A DNA stretch of 62,395 nucleotides from a virus (taxonomy: Duplodnaviria > Caudoviricetes): IMG/VR virus record IMGVR_UViG_3300036829_000406, positions 1 to 62,395 of that record, one strand, 5' to 3'. The position numbers and the translations under genes are program-made. Below, piece by piece: positions 53,873 to 62,395 of the stretch. Each line of letters starts with the position of its first letter. Position 1 is the stretch's first letter. The notes below the pieces were generated by a model that searched no databases, was not told the origin of the DNA, and saw nothing but the letters and a program-made list of their open reading frames with translations.

Positions 53873-54526
53873 TCACGTCTCCACGTCCGCTGCGGTCTCT
53901 ACCAGGCCGTCCGACCAGGCGAGCGCCGGCCGGCCATGAACATCAGTGCCAGCAGCCGCCACCGGCCGCACACCGTTCCTGTCAGCACAGCCGACAGCGA
54001 AACACTCAACATGCCCCGTCGGCCGGCCCGCCGCGTCAAGCAGCACCTTCAGGGTCACCAGGCACCCGCAGTACGGGCACGCCCGGCCGCGCACATGCCG
54101 CCACTGCTGCGCCTCATCGATCGCCGGGTCCGCCCGGGCGGCGTTCACCCACCGGTCCAGGATGCGGATCGCGGCGGCCTCAGCGTCCCGGCCCAGCCCG
54201 GCGGCCAGCCGCGGGATGGCATCCAGCGCCGCCGACGTGTTCCCCGGCGAGCCGCCGCGGCGTGCACCCGGATGGCCGGTGACCGCGTACCGGAGGGCGG
54301 CTTCGAGGCGGCGTGCACCCTCATGGCCGTCCAGGAGGGCCCGGCCGGCGGGGGCGTTCCACGGTTCGGGTGTCTCGGCGGCGCGGGGGGCCATGCCGGG
54401 TGAGCCGCCTGGCGCCGACGTGGGCTCGGCGACAAGACGTTCCAGGACGTCCATGTACCCGGCGAGCATGGTGCAGGCTTCACGCACAAGATCGACCGGG
54501 CCAGCCAAGGGAGCACCTGCCTGCAT
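53873..54526 (-). CDS. hypothetical Zn-binding protein (CPYCG...C...C)
   Basis: resembles actinophage genes found before late operons. Confidence 0.65.
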   Translation of the reverse strand: MQAGAPLAGPVDLVREACTMLAGYMDVLERLVAEPTSAPGGSPGMAPRAAETPEPWNAPAGRALLDGHEGARRLEAALRYAVTGHPGARRGGSPGNTSAALDAIPRLAAGLGRDAEAAAIRILDRWVNAARADPAIDEAQQWRHVRGRACPYCGCLVTLKVLLDAAGRPTGHVECFAVGCADRNGVRPVAAAGTDVHGRPALAWSDGLVETAADVET

Positions 54527-54553
54527 CAGGAGTTACCGGGAGCTAACCGGAGT

Positions 54554-54781
54554 CTAAGGTATTGGCGCAGGTGAGGCGATTGTCTTCCCCGGTGTTTTCC
54601 CGGCGGTGCCGATGCCGAACTCGGCGAGCATCAGCGCGCCGAGCCGGACGAGCCGCGGGCCGTTCTCGTGCGTGATCAGCGGAGCATGGCCGCGCAGAGC
54701 CAGCGCCTGTGCCGCGTCGGCGACCAGCGCCGCCGCGTCGGCCTCGCGGACCATGCGTCCTCCTCGCGGGGACAAGGCCAT
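54554..54781 (-). CDS. hypothetical protein
   Basis: GAGGAGG RBS before an internal ATG. Confidence 0.55.
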   Translation of the reverse strand: MALSPRGGRMVREADAAALVADAAQALALRGHAPLITHENGPRLVRLGALMLAEFGIGTAGKTPGKTIASPAPIP

Positions 54782-54834
54782 GCACGGGCGATGGCGGAAA
54801 GCCGATGGGGAACGACCGAACGGTCAGGACAATC

Positions 54835-54999
54835 CTAGCGGCGCGGGCCGTCGCATGAAGGGCACCGGCCGCACCCTGCGCACGCGGGCCCGTCGCACCT
54901 GGGACAGGGAACTGACGGGGTGGCGTGCCGGCATTTCCTGCACCAGGCGATGATGATCGCCGTGGGCCTGTCCGGCTCCTGGGGGACGCCGTCAGCCAT
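54835..54999 (-). CDS. Cys-rich small protein
   Basis: four CxxC pairs. Confidence 0.5.
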   Translation of the reverse strand: MADGVPQEPDRPTAIIIAWCRKCRHATPSVPCPRCDGPACAGCGRCPSCDGPRR

Positions 55000-55309
55000 G
55001 AGCGGCCTCATCGCCGTCGGGGTCGCGAAGATGACCGGTGTCCAGGTCATCGTCCCCGTGTTCGCGGATGTAGGCGTCGTCGTCCAGCCGCTCGGCCAGG
55101 TCGGCGAGCTCTTTCAGCAGCCATCCGGCCAGCCGGTCACGGTCGCTGCTGCTGGCGCGCAGCGCGGGTCCCAGCGCGCGGGCGCGGGTGATCATGTCGC
55201 GGTCGTCATCGGTGAGACCGGCGCGCGGAGCCGGAGGGCCGGCGCCGAGTTCATTGATCGCTTCTGACACCTTCCTGGCGCGCTCGGCCCACTCGTGGAT
55301 GCCGCTCAT
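54992..55309 (-). CDS. hypothetical protein
   Basis: AAGGAG RBS, ATGA overlap. Confidence 0.65.
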   Translation of the reverse strand: MSGIHEWAERARKVSEAINELGAGPPAPRAGLTDDDRDMITRARALGPALRASSSDRDRLAGWLLKELADLAERLDDDAYIREHGDDDLDTGHLRDPDGDEAAHG

Positions 55310-56322
55310 GGTGTGCTCCTTGCGAGGTCGTTCCGGGCGCGCTGGACCGTCTTGGCGGACACGGCCGCCTGGACGGCTACCTTGTCGTTGTCCCAGCCCG
55401 GGTTGGCCCGGATGATGGCCGCGGCCTTGTCCCGGCCGGTGCGGGGCGCCGCGGTCTTGCGGGGTGCTGGTTTGTCCGCTGTCCTGTCCTCGCGTGGCGG
55501 GACAGAACCGCTGGCCGGCGGCGTGTCCTGGCGTGTGTCCTGAGCCTTGGTGTCCGGCGCCCTGTCCATGGTCCTGTCCTGTCCGCTGACAGGCGCGGGC
55601 AGCAGGGCGATGGCGGCCTTCGGCCTGTTCTCACCATCCCAGGTCGCCAGCCGCATGACCCGGTACGACAGGACCGGATGCCACGTCCACCGGGTCATGC
55701 CAAGCCGGACAGCGTGCGCCTCGATCTGATTGTCCGCCTTCAGCGCGTCCCGGGACACCCGCCGGGAATGCACCGACCACAGCCACGGCGACGACACCGA
55801 CATCAGCCCGAACGTGACCGCCGCGAACGTCGGCCGCCAGCCAGCCGCCATGTAGTGGCTGTAGTTCATGGTGCCGATCACCGCGGCGAACGCGTACGCG
55901 GCCAGCCGCAGCCGCAGCGCCGAGTCGTCGGCGGCCAGCGCCAGGTGGGCCTGCCACGCCAGGTAGACCGCGACAGATTCCAGGGTGACGGCAACGAGGA
56001 CCTGCCCGGCCAGGATCCATGGCAGGTGGCCGCGGAGGAACGCGAGCTGGCCGGCGAACGCGACAGCGTTGACCAGGACGATGGGGATGGCGGCCAGCCA
56101 GCCGCGGTGCGCGGACATGGCATGCCACCAGCGGCTGGCCTTGTCCGGGATCGTCCGCAGCTGTCCAGGATCGTCCCGCTGCGGCTGACTCGCCGGCGTC
56201 AGGGCCGCAGGTGGCCAGTGGGCAAGCCCAGACGCTGCCCTGAAATCATGCAGAGGGACAGACACCGGCCCGCTATGGCCGTTCGCCTGCGGTGCCGCTG
56301 GTGTCGTCAGCATGCCGTTCAT
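55306..56322 (-). CDS. multi-pass membrane protein with C-terminal HTH (DUF2637/Spd-like plasmid transfer protein)
   Basis: four TM helices ('VAVTLES..VYL', 'GTMNYSH'), linker, then 'NDKVAVQAAVSAKTVQRAR' HTH; architecture of actinomycete plasmid/AICE spread proteins. Confidence 0.65.
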   Translation of the reverse strand: MNGMLTTPAAPQANGHSGPVSVPLHDFRAASGLAHWPPAALTPASQPQRDDPGQLRTIPDKASRWWHAMSAHRGWLAAIPIVLVNAVAFAGQLAFLRGHLPWILAGQVLVAVTLESVAVYLAWQAHLALAADDSALRLRLAAYAFAAVIGTMNYSHYMAAGWRPTFAAVTFGLMSVSSPWLWSVHSRRVSRDALKADNQIEAHAVRLGMTRWTWHPVLSYRVMRLATWDGENRPKAAIALLPAPVSGQDRTMDRAPDTKAQDTRQDTPPASGSVPPREDRTADKPAPRKTAAPRTGRDKAAAIIRANPGWDNDKVAVQAAVSAKTVQRARNDLARSTP

Positions 56323-56918
56323 CGTGCCCTCGCTTCCTCGGTCAGGAAATCGCCGCCGTACGGCAGCTCGCCGCCCTCGCGGACGTACAGGTAAGGCGTC
56401 TCATAGGTGCTGTCCAGGTCGACGGGAACCCGCCGCAGGCAGTCGAGCGCGTGGGCGAGCCGCTGGCCTGCGCCGTCGATGATCTCCAGGGCGGCGTCGC
56501 AGTCGGCGATGACGGCGCTGGCCGCGCCCAGGGCGTTCTCGGCTGCGGCTCTGGCCTGCGGGTTCGCGGCGGAAGCCATCGCCGCCCGCGCGTCGGCCGC
56601 GGCGGCGCACGCAGCGGCCCGGTCGGCACGCCAGGCCGCGGCCATACCACTGGCGCAGCGGAGCATGCTGACCAGGTAACCCTCGATCTCCTCCGCGGCC
56701 TCGACCAGGACCTGATCGGATCCGCACGGCCGGTCTGAGGTCCACAGCAGCGCGCCCGCTTCCCCTGCCGTCAGGGCCAGGGCGGCGCCGATGAGGCCGC
56801 CGGTCGCCTGCGGGTTCACCCCGGCCGCCCAGGCGCTGCCGTTGAGGCGGGCGCAGGCGAATCCGGGTTCGCGGATGTCCTCGGCGAACGTCAGCGCCAG
56901 GCCTGTCCGGGTGCTCAC
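56319..56918 (-). CDS. hypothetical protein
   Basis: helical Ala-rich ORF coupled to the Spd-like gene. Confidence 0.6.
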   Translation of the reverse strand: MSTRTGLALTFAEDIREPGFACARLNGSAWAAGVNPQATGGLIGAALALTAGEAGALLWTSDRPCGSDQVLVEAAEEIEGYLVSMLRCASGMAAAWRADRAAACAAAADARAAMASAANPQARAAAENALGAASAVIADCDAALEIIDGAGQRLAHALDCLRRVPVDLDSTYETPYLYVREGGELPYGGDFLTEEARAR

Positions 56919-56946
56919 GGACCCCTCTTTTCGCTACAGGGAGTGA

Positions 56947-57037
56947 CGCTCAAAGCGGCTGATTTTTGAGCGGGACGAGGGCTGCCGCTCAAAGAAAACC
57001 CCTCCCCTATGCAGGGCTGGACGCTCAAACACTCAAA
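56947..57037. repeat. clt-like 8-bp repeats CGCTCAAA
   Basis: direct copies at 56947, 56986, 57022, variant CACTCAAA at 57030, inverted copy at 56965; non-coding, immediately downstream of the traB-like gene. Confidence 0.65.
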
Positions 57038-57072
57038 GATTGGGTGAGGATGGCTGTGGGACGAACGCGCGA

Positions 57073-59223
57073 TCACGGTGTGTCACCGCCGGGTGGTTCG
57101 GTGAGCAGCCAGCGGGCCGTCCGCTTCTCCCCCGCCATCCGCACCAATCCCTCGGTCCGCAGACGCTCGAGGTAGGTGCGGGCTGTCCATTTGGTCACCT
57201 CGAGCACGCGGGCGACCTCGCTGATGGTGGTCCCGGCGGACAGCAGCCCGAGCAGCTTCCCGCGGGCCTCGTCCGGGATCTCGGTGGCCTCGCCGACCTG
57301 GCGCCACCGCTCGGCGGCGTGGGCCAGCTGGGCCTCGTGCGGGATGTCGGGCACGGGCTCGGCGGAGGCCTCGGCGAGCAGCCGGCGGGTTGCGGCGTTG
57401 CGTCTCCCCTGCTCGACCCAGCGGCGGCGCAGCGGATCGCTCTCGTCCAGGGTGCTCAAGTGGTCCTCCGCTTCGCGGTCGTAGGCGTCGAGGCTGGCCC
57501 GCTCCTCGATCTTCAGGGCGTTGGCCAGCGTCTCGGCGGTCTCGCCATCCGCTTCCACGGTGCCGTCGCGGACGGCTAGGGCGAGGGCATGGAGCGGGTT
57601 GTGCGGATCCGCGCCACGGGGAGCAGACGGGGACACCGGTTCCGGTTCCGGCCCGGCACCGATCTTCCGCCGGCCGTGCGCCCACCGGGTGAACGGCTCG
57701 TCGCTCAGAAGCCGCGCATAGGAATCACCCAGGAAACTCTCAAGTTCAGGTTCAAGGTTAGGCTGGTCCATGGCCCGTTCCTCGGCCATCCTCCGCAGGT
57801 CACCTGGCTCTTTCAGCAGGAATGTGCGGCCCGTCCGGACGCTCCCGCCGAGCTCGGCGATTGCCCAGACGCCCTTATGGCCGTCGCCGTAGCTGGCCAT
57901 GTCGGGCATCTCCAGGCCCAGATCCCCGGCGGCGTGCATCATCTCGCCGCGGCGGGACACCGCGCCGATACAGAACACGTCGACCAGGGCGCGGACATCG
58001 CCGCCGCCGATCCACTCGGCGGTGCCACGCTGCCCGGCGATCACCGGGGCGACCGCTTCGGAACCGCCCTTGCTGTAGATGGTCTTCAGTGCCTCACGGG
58101 CCGCGGGGATGGAGGCCAGGGCGTCGATCTCGTCGCCGATGAACAGGATCAGGGGATGCCCGGCCGACGGCTGGAACACCGCGGTGTCCCGGGGCTGCTG
58201 GGAACGCCATTCGATGGTCCGCTCCAGCATCCGCAGGATCTTCACGGCCCGGGTCGCCTGCTGGCGGGTGATCGCGGTCAGGTGGCAGGCGACATCCCAT
58301 TGCCTGTCCTCGATGCCCTTGGACAGGTTGAGGTTGACGACCAGCACGTCCGGTGCTTTCGTGGCGCGCTCGCGCAGGTTGTTGATCAGGACGGTTTTGC
58401 CTGCCCGGCTGGTCGCCACGATGAGGATCCGCTTGGCGCCGTCCTGATCCCATACGGTCAGGGTGAGCGGGGTGCCGGTCTCAGGGTCCTGGCCGATGAT
58501 GAACGGCTCCCGGCAGGTGCACAGGCCGGACAGGTCGATCTCCGGGTCCGGGTCAAGCGCCGGGTGGATGATCGGCTTGGCCCATGGGTCGGTGCGGCGG
58601 ATGGAGATCTCCACGCGGCCAGCGAGCCTGTGCCGTTTCACCTGCACCCGCGACACAGGCAGGCCTTCGTCCTCGGCGATCCGCTCGGCGACGTCGCCGC
58701 CGGCGATCTGGGAGGCCCGCTTCCCGGTGCCCTTGACGTCGATGATCTTCCGCTCGCCCAGCCGGGTCACCTCGTGGTGCAGCAGGTGGGAGCCTTTCAG
58801 ACCGTACCGGTGGGCGGTGGCCAGCCAGTCTTCCGACGCGAGCCGCTTGCCTCTGGCCTCCAGGACAGCCGGGTGGCTGCGGGCCCACCGCCAGCCTGTG
58901 AACGTCAGGGCCGCCCATGCCCCGGTGAGCGGGAAGTACCAGCCAGGGCCGGCGAGCGGGCCGAAGCGGGCGGCCAGCGCCGACCAGGCTCCCGCGGCCA
59001 GCAGCCAGCCGGCGCCCCCGCGGGCGCCCTTGCCGTAGACGGCACCCGCGGCGGCGAGCGTCCCGAGGCCGATGTCGAGCCAGGGGATGCCGGTGGCGTG
59101 CATGATCTCGGCGGCCGTCCAGACGCCCGCACCGGCCAGCGGCACCGCGCGGGCCGCTTTCTCGGCAGGCTTGCGCCGCAGCTGCGGCGGGGCAGCTGCC
59201 GGGGCGTCCTGGACTTCGGTCAC
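57073..59223 (-). CDS. traB: TraB-like FtsK/SpoIIIE DNA translocase
   Basis: N-terminal TM helices, Walker A 'ATSRAGKT', Walker B 'LFIGDE', 'AGQR', C-terminal wHTH 'TISEVARVLEVTKWTARTYL'. Confidence 0.8.
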   Translation of the reverse strand: MTEVQDAPAAAPPQLRRKPAEKAARAVPLAGAGVWTAAEIMHATGIPWLDIGLGTLAAAGAVYGKGARGGAGWLLAAGAWSALAARFGPLAGPGWYFPLTGAWAALTFTGWRWARSHPAVLEARGKRLASEDWLATAHRYGLKGSHLLHHEVTRLGERKIIDVKGTGKRASQIAGGDVAERIAEDEGLPVSRVQVKRHRLAGRVEISIRRTDPWAKPIIHPALDPDPEIDLSGLCTCREPFIIGQDPETGTPLTLTVWDQDGAKRILIVATSRAGKTVLINNLRERATKAPDVLVVNLNLSKGIEDRQWDVACHLTAITRQQATRAVKILRMLERTIEWRSQQPRDTAVFQPSAGHPLILFIGDEIDALASIPAAREALKTIYSKGGSEAVAPVIAGQRGTAEWIGGGDVRALVDVFCIGAVSRRGEMMHAAGDLGLEMPDMASYGDGHKGVWAIAELGGSVRTGRTFLLKEPGDLRRMAEERAMDQPNLEPELESFLGDSYARLLSDEPFTRWAHGRRKIGAGPEPEPVSPSAPRGADPHNPLHALALAVRDGTVEADGETAETLANALKIEERASLDAYDREAEDHLSTLDESDPLRRRWVEQGRRNAATRRLLAEASAEPVPDIPHEAQLAHAAERWRQVGEATEIPDEARGKLLGLLSAGTTISEVARVLEVTKWTARTYLERLRTEGLVRMAGEKRTARWLLTEPPGGDTP

Positions 59224-59244
59224 CGGGATCAGTCCTCTCGCTAA

Positions 59245-60075
59245 CTACAGGTCGCCAGTGAGAAACTCGCGGGCCTTGTGCGGCAGCGGGCCGTGAGCGG
59301 ACACCCATTCCTTGACCGCCCCGTAGATCACGCCGAACCGCTTGTGGATCTGCGCCAGCAGCGACCCGTGGCCGCCCGCGCTGTCCCCGGCCTCGAGGAT
59401 CCCAGCGACGTACGCGGGGTCCAGGCCGACGCTGTTCAGGCAGGTGTCGGCGAACGCGTGCCAGGCATCGGCGATCAGGACCGACCCGGCGGCGTTGCCT
59501 TCCATGAACATCCGCAGCGCCATGTCGTCCTCGGGTTCGAACCCCGCGATGAACTGGGCCAGCGACGCATACGGGGCCGGGGCGACACCATGCCCGGCGA
59601 GCAGCTCGGCGGGCTCGGGCATCGGGCCGAGGGCTGCGTCTTCCAGGATCGAGGGGATGGACCGCCGGGTTATGGCGTCGGCGACGACCGCGGGGGCACT
59701 GCCCTGGGCCGGGATCGATCCGCCGTCCCGCCGGCGGCGCACCCAGTGCATCAGCTCGCGGGCGTCTTCGGCTGGTGCGGTAAGGGCCTCCCGCAAAGCG
59801 GCCGCTAGATCGCGGAGCCCGTTTACGGTCCACGCTCGCGCCGTGAGGGCGGCAGCGCAGAAGGCGATGCCAGCGACGACTGCCCCCGCATCTGGGCCTG
59901 CCGCTCCGGCCAGGGTCAGGGCGGCCATCGTCACGGTGACCTGGAGGGCCAGTACGGTCCAGTTGGCGAGCACGGCCACAGCGTCTTTCCCGACGCTCAG
60001 CATGCGGAATGTGCGCCAGCCGGTGACGGCAGCGAAAAGGATGGCCACCAGCCAGCCGATAGCGGTAAGGATCAT
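59245..60075 (-). CDS. membrane protein, TraA-like position
   Basis: three N-terminal TM helices; AAGGAAGG RBS; immediately upstream of traB. Confidence 0.6.
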   Translation of the reverse strand: MILTAIGWLVAILFAAVTGWRTFRMLSVGKDAVAVLANWTVLALQVTVTMAALTLAGAAGPDAGAVVAGIAFCAAALTARAWTVNGLRDLAAALREALTAPAEDARELMHWVRRRRDGGSIPAQGSAPAVVADAITRRSIPSILEDAALGPMPEPAELLAGHGVAPAPYASLAQFIAGFEPEDDMALRMFMEGNAAGSVLIADAWHAFADTCLNSVGLDPAYVAGILEAGDSAGGHGSLLAQIHKRFGVIYGAVKEWVSAHGPLPHKAREFLTGDL

Positions 60076-60088
60076 GAAGATGCCTTCC

Positions 60089-60694
60089 TTAGCAGGTCGC
60101 GGTCAGGGTGCCGCCGTAGCGGCTGGCCGCCCACGGGCTGGCCATGATGGCGTTGCATACCGCCTGTGCGCTGGCGCCCCGGCGAAGTGCAGCGAGGATG
60201 CCGCTGTAGTAGCCGTTGTTCAGCGTGGCGACCGTGTACCGGAGGCCCGTCTGGGCGTCAGGAAATGCCCACGCGCCTATGACATTGCGTCCGGGCCAAT
60301 CTGCGCCAGCGCCCGGATTGACATTCAGCGGGTTATAGGCGGCCTGGTTGCCGAACCCGCCGCCTTCCCTGGCTTCCCATTCGCGGATCGCGGACAGGTT
60401 GCAGGCGGTACGGGGCAGGCTGTCCGCGGCGAGCAGTGCGGCGGCCCAGCCGGACGGGGTGTTCAGGCTGCTGCCGGACGGGATGGCCGCCTGGGCTTCG
60501 GTCGCGTGCCCGGAGCTGCTGCCGTGGTGCGCGGCGGCTGCCCTGCTGCCGTGGTGCGCGGCGGCTGCCCTGGTGCCGGTCGCGGCGGCCAGCACGACGG
60601 CCACGGTCACGGCGATGACCGGGCCCGCGCTGCCGCTCTTGCCGTAGCTGCGGTAGCGGTACTTGCGCGGCAGGCGGTAGGTGAAGGCGGCCAT
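60089..60694 (-). CDS. membrane-anchored lysozyme-like/transglycosylase protein
   Basis: TM then 'WEAREGG......YNPLN......F.....GL..TV.TL.NG.Y..I..AL......SPWA...Y'. Confidence 0.6.
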   Translation of the reverse strand: MAAFTYRLPRKYRYRSYGKSGSAGPVIAVTVAVVLAAATGTRAAAAHHGSRAAAAHHGSSSGHATEAQAAIPSGSSLNTPSGWAAALLAADSLPRTACNLSAIREWEAREGGGFGNQAAYNPLNVNPGAGADWPGRNVIGAWAFPDAQTGLRYTVATLNNGYYSGILAALRRGASAQAVCNAIMASPWAASRYGGTLTATC

Positions 60695-60966
60695 CAGCGG
60701 CGCCTCCGGCACTGGCGCGCGTTACGACCAGGCAGGACGCGGGAGCGCATGTTGGTGGACGAAGAAGCGCTGCCGAGCGAGATCCAGCCGCCACAGTTTC
60801 GGCACTCGCCTTCGTAAGTGCCGCTGTTAATCTTCCTGAGCCTCACCGAATGCCCCGTATCACGAAGCTTTCCGGCCCATTCGTTCTTGGATGCGGCCAG
60901 CCAGCCGGCCGGGGTATCGGAGTACTCGCGACCGTCGTAGGAAGACCTGAACTTGCGGCGGGCCAT
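60694..60966 (-). CDS. hypothetical Zn-ribbon protein
   Basis: TGATG overlaps; CRNC. Confidence 0.6.
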   Translation of the reverse strand: MARRKFRSSYDGREYSDTPAGWLAASKNEWAGKLRDTGHSVRLRKINSGTYEGECRNCGGWISLGSASSSTNMRSRVLPGRNARQCRRRR

Positions 60967-61664
60967 CAGAGAATCCTCAGCAGCTTCAGCAGCCCACGGA
61001 GGAGCGCGATCCCGACGACGATGACGACCAGCCAGCCAGCCCAGTCGGAGGGCAGGTGGGTCGGCATCCTGGCGCTATCGGACGCCGGGCTGGCCTGGGC
61101 GTGGGCGGGAGCTGCGGTGTCCTGTGACGGGCCGGCAGTCGGCGGCCCCGAGATCGACGGGACCGGCGCAGGATGCACCGCGCAGGATGCGGGCTGGCCA
61201 GCGTGCGGGCCGACGTTCACAACCAGCGGGGTTTCCGCCGCCGCGCTGAACTGGGCGATTCCGCCCGCGGCCGCCGACTTGGCCCCGGGGCCGGTCTCGG
61301 CGATCAGGTTCGCGACGTACCGGCCCGGCCTGGTGCCGGCCGGGATCGCGACCGACAGCGGCACGCTCGCCGTCTTCCCTGCGTCCACGGGAACGGAGTT
61401 CCGCTGGAAGAACCACAGGTCACGGGGGTAGCTGACGTGGACCCAGGATGCGGGGAGCGCACGGCCGGCCTGCCCGGCCGGCGCCCCGGCGGCAACCGAG
61501 ATTGCCTCCTGGGAGTCGCCGGTGTTCGCGACCGTGACCGTTCCCAGGCTCCAGGTGTGGCCCGGGGACAGGGTGACGTCCATGCACACGGGGCTGGCGG
61601 AGATGCCGACGCCGATGCTGGCGGGCAGCAGCAGGCCGAGGGCCAGGGCCGTCGCGGTGATCAT
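60966..61664 (-). CDS. secreted, C-terminally anchored Ig-like protein
   Basis: signal peptide, 'VTVANTGD...V.LSVAIP.GT.PG.Y', Pro linker, C-terminal TM. Confidence 0.65.
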   Translation of the reverse strand: MITATALALGLLLPASIGVGISASPVCMDVTLSPGHTWSLGTVTVANTGDSQEAISVAAGAPAGQAGRALPASWVHVSYPRDLWFFQRNSVPVDAGKTASVPLSVAIPAGTRPGRYVANLIAETGPGAKSAAAGGIAQFSAAAETPLVVNVGPHAGQPASCAVHPAPVPSISGPPTAGPSQDTAAPAHAQASPASDSARMPTHLPSDWAGWLVVIVVGIALLRGLLKLLRIL

Positions 61665-61671
61665 CGGTGGC

Positions 61672-61917
61672 TTACCTGCGCTTCGCGGTGCCGTAGGTGT
61701 AGCCCGGGGTGCGCGTGGCGGTCTTCTTCTTGGGCTTGATGACGGCCAGCACCACGCAGGCGATGACGAAGGCGCCCGCGGCGGTGCCGATCAGCATCGC
61801 GTGCTGCGTGCCGGGCGTGGCGGTGTGGTAGGCCTTCAGGGTCGTCACCCAGCCGACGGCGCCGATAGCGGCGAGGATCAGGATGCCGTTGATGACGGCG
61901 CGGAAGAACGTGCGCAT
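61672..61917 (-). CDS. small two-TM membrane protein
   Basis: two hydrophobic helices, basic tail. Confidence 0.65.
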   Translation of the reverse strand: MRTFFRAVINGILILAAIGAVGWVTTLKAYHTATPGTQHAMLIGTAAGAFVIACVVLAVIKPKKKTATRTPGYTYGTAKRR

Positions 61918-62237
61918 TACGCTGCCTGCTCTCGTGGTTGCGGGATTGACGCTGGGATGTTCCGGCGGTAGAGCCGGCGGCGTTCCCGTTCGGACATGCC
62001 GCCCCAGATGCCGAACCGCTCCTCATGCTCGAGCGCGTACTCCAGGCACTGCGCGCGCACGTCGCAGGCCGCGCAGACCCGTTTGGCTTCGCGGGTCGAG
62101 CCGCCCTTTTCCGGGAAGAAAACCTCCGGATCTGTCTGCGCGCACAGGGCCAGGTCGGTCCAGTCGGGAGGAGTCAGGCCGATGGGGTCCGGCTCGGCGT
62201 GCTCGCCGTACATGCGGGAGATGCTGTAAGGGTTCAC
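61917..62237 (-). CDS. whiB: WhiB-family transcription factor
   Basis: 'W...ALCAQTDPEVFFPEKGGSTREAKRVC..C.VR..CLEYAL...ERFGIWGG.SERERR'. Confidence 0.95.
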   Translation of the reverse strand: MNPYSISRMYGEHAEPDPIGLTPPDWTDLALCAQTDPEVFFPEKGGSTREAKRVCAACDVRAQCLEYALEHEERFGIWGGMSERERRRLYRRNIPASIPQPREQAA

Positions 62238-62395
62238 CGGGCCACCTCCTGCGCCTGGTCCTGGTCCTGCGGGACGTCGAACCGCGGCTGCGGCCCGGGC
62301 GCGAAGTACGACGCCAGGATGGCGTCCGCTTCGCCGCTGTCGATCTCGCCGCGGAACACGGCGAGCACGTCGGCCGCGGTCGCGGGGCCGCTCAT
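62234..62395 (-). CDS. small hypothetical protein (53 aa)
   Basis: ATG at the window end, GTGA overlap with whiB. Confidence 0.55.
   Translation of the reverse strand: MSGPATAADVLAVFRGEIDSGEADAILASYFAPGPQPRFDVPQDQDQAQEVAR

Noticed and set aside
60517-60572. Short tandem duplication (AAAAHHGS x2)
   Set aside because: In-frame linker duplication with no further signal
57589-60817. Long plus-strand ORFs (551 aa and 491 aa)
   Set aside because: Antisense shadows of the transfer genes

Overview
This is a high-GC, apparently near-complete genome of a temperate siphovirus-type phage of an actinomycete host. It is in the excised (attP-intact) configuration, and the window starts and ends at gene boundaries of what may be one wrapped leftward operon. 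Layout: (1) immunity switch with repressor and cro (500-1600); (2) rightward early genes, including RecE/RecT-like recombination genes and a replication initiator whose 3' end carries iterons and DnaA boxes (1650-13360); (3) attP core matching the 3' half of tRNA-Arg(ACG), two nuclease genes, a tyrosine integrase, excisionase and a Dam methylase (13280-17515); (4) a long leftward late operon with HNH, terS, a split terL, portal, protease, HK97 capsid, virion-associated glycosyl- and methyltransferases, a PhoD-containing 1330-aa protein, tail and lysis genes (17750-52830); (5) an actinomycete plasmid/AICE-type transfer module with a TraB/FtsK-like translocase, clt-like 8-bp repeats, membrane 'spread'-like proteins, a wall hydrolase and WhiB (55300-62395). 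Most notable: a complete tailed phage carrying a TraB/clt-like conjugation module; an endonuclease VII gene preceded by an exact 18-nt copy of capsid sequence fused to a long hairpin, with synonymously recoded patches in the capsid gene; and a PhoD phosphodiesterase domain inside a structural-region protein. All family assignments come from motif recognition by eye; no database searches were run.
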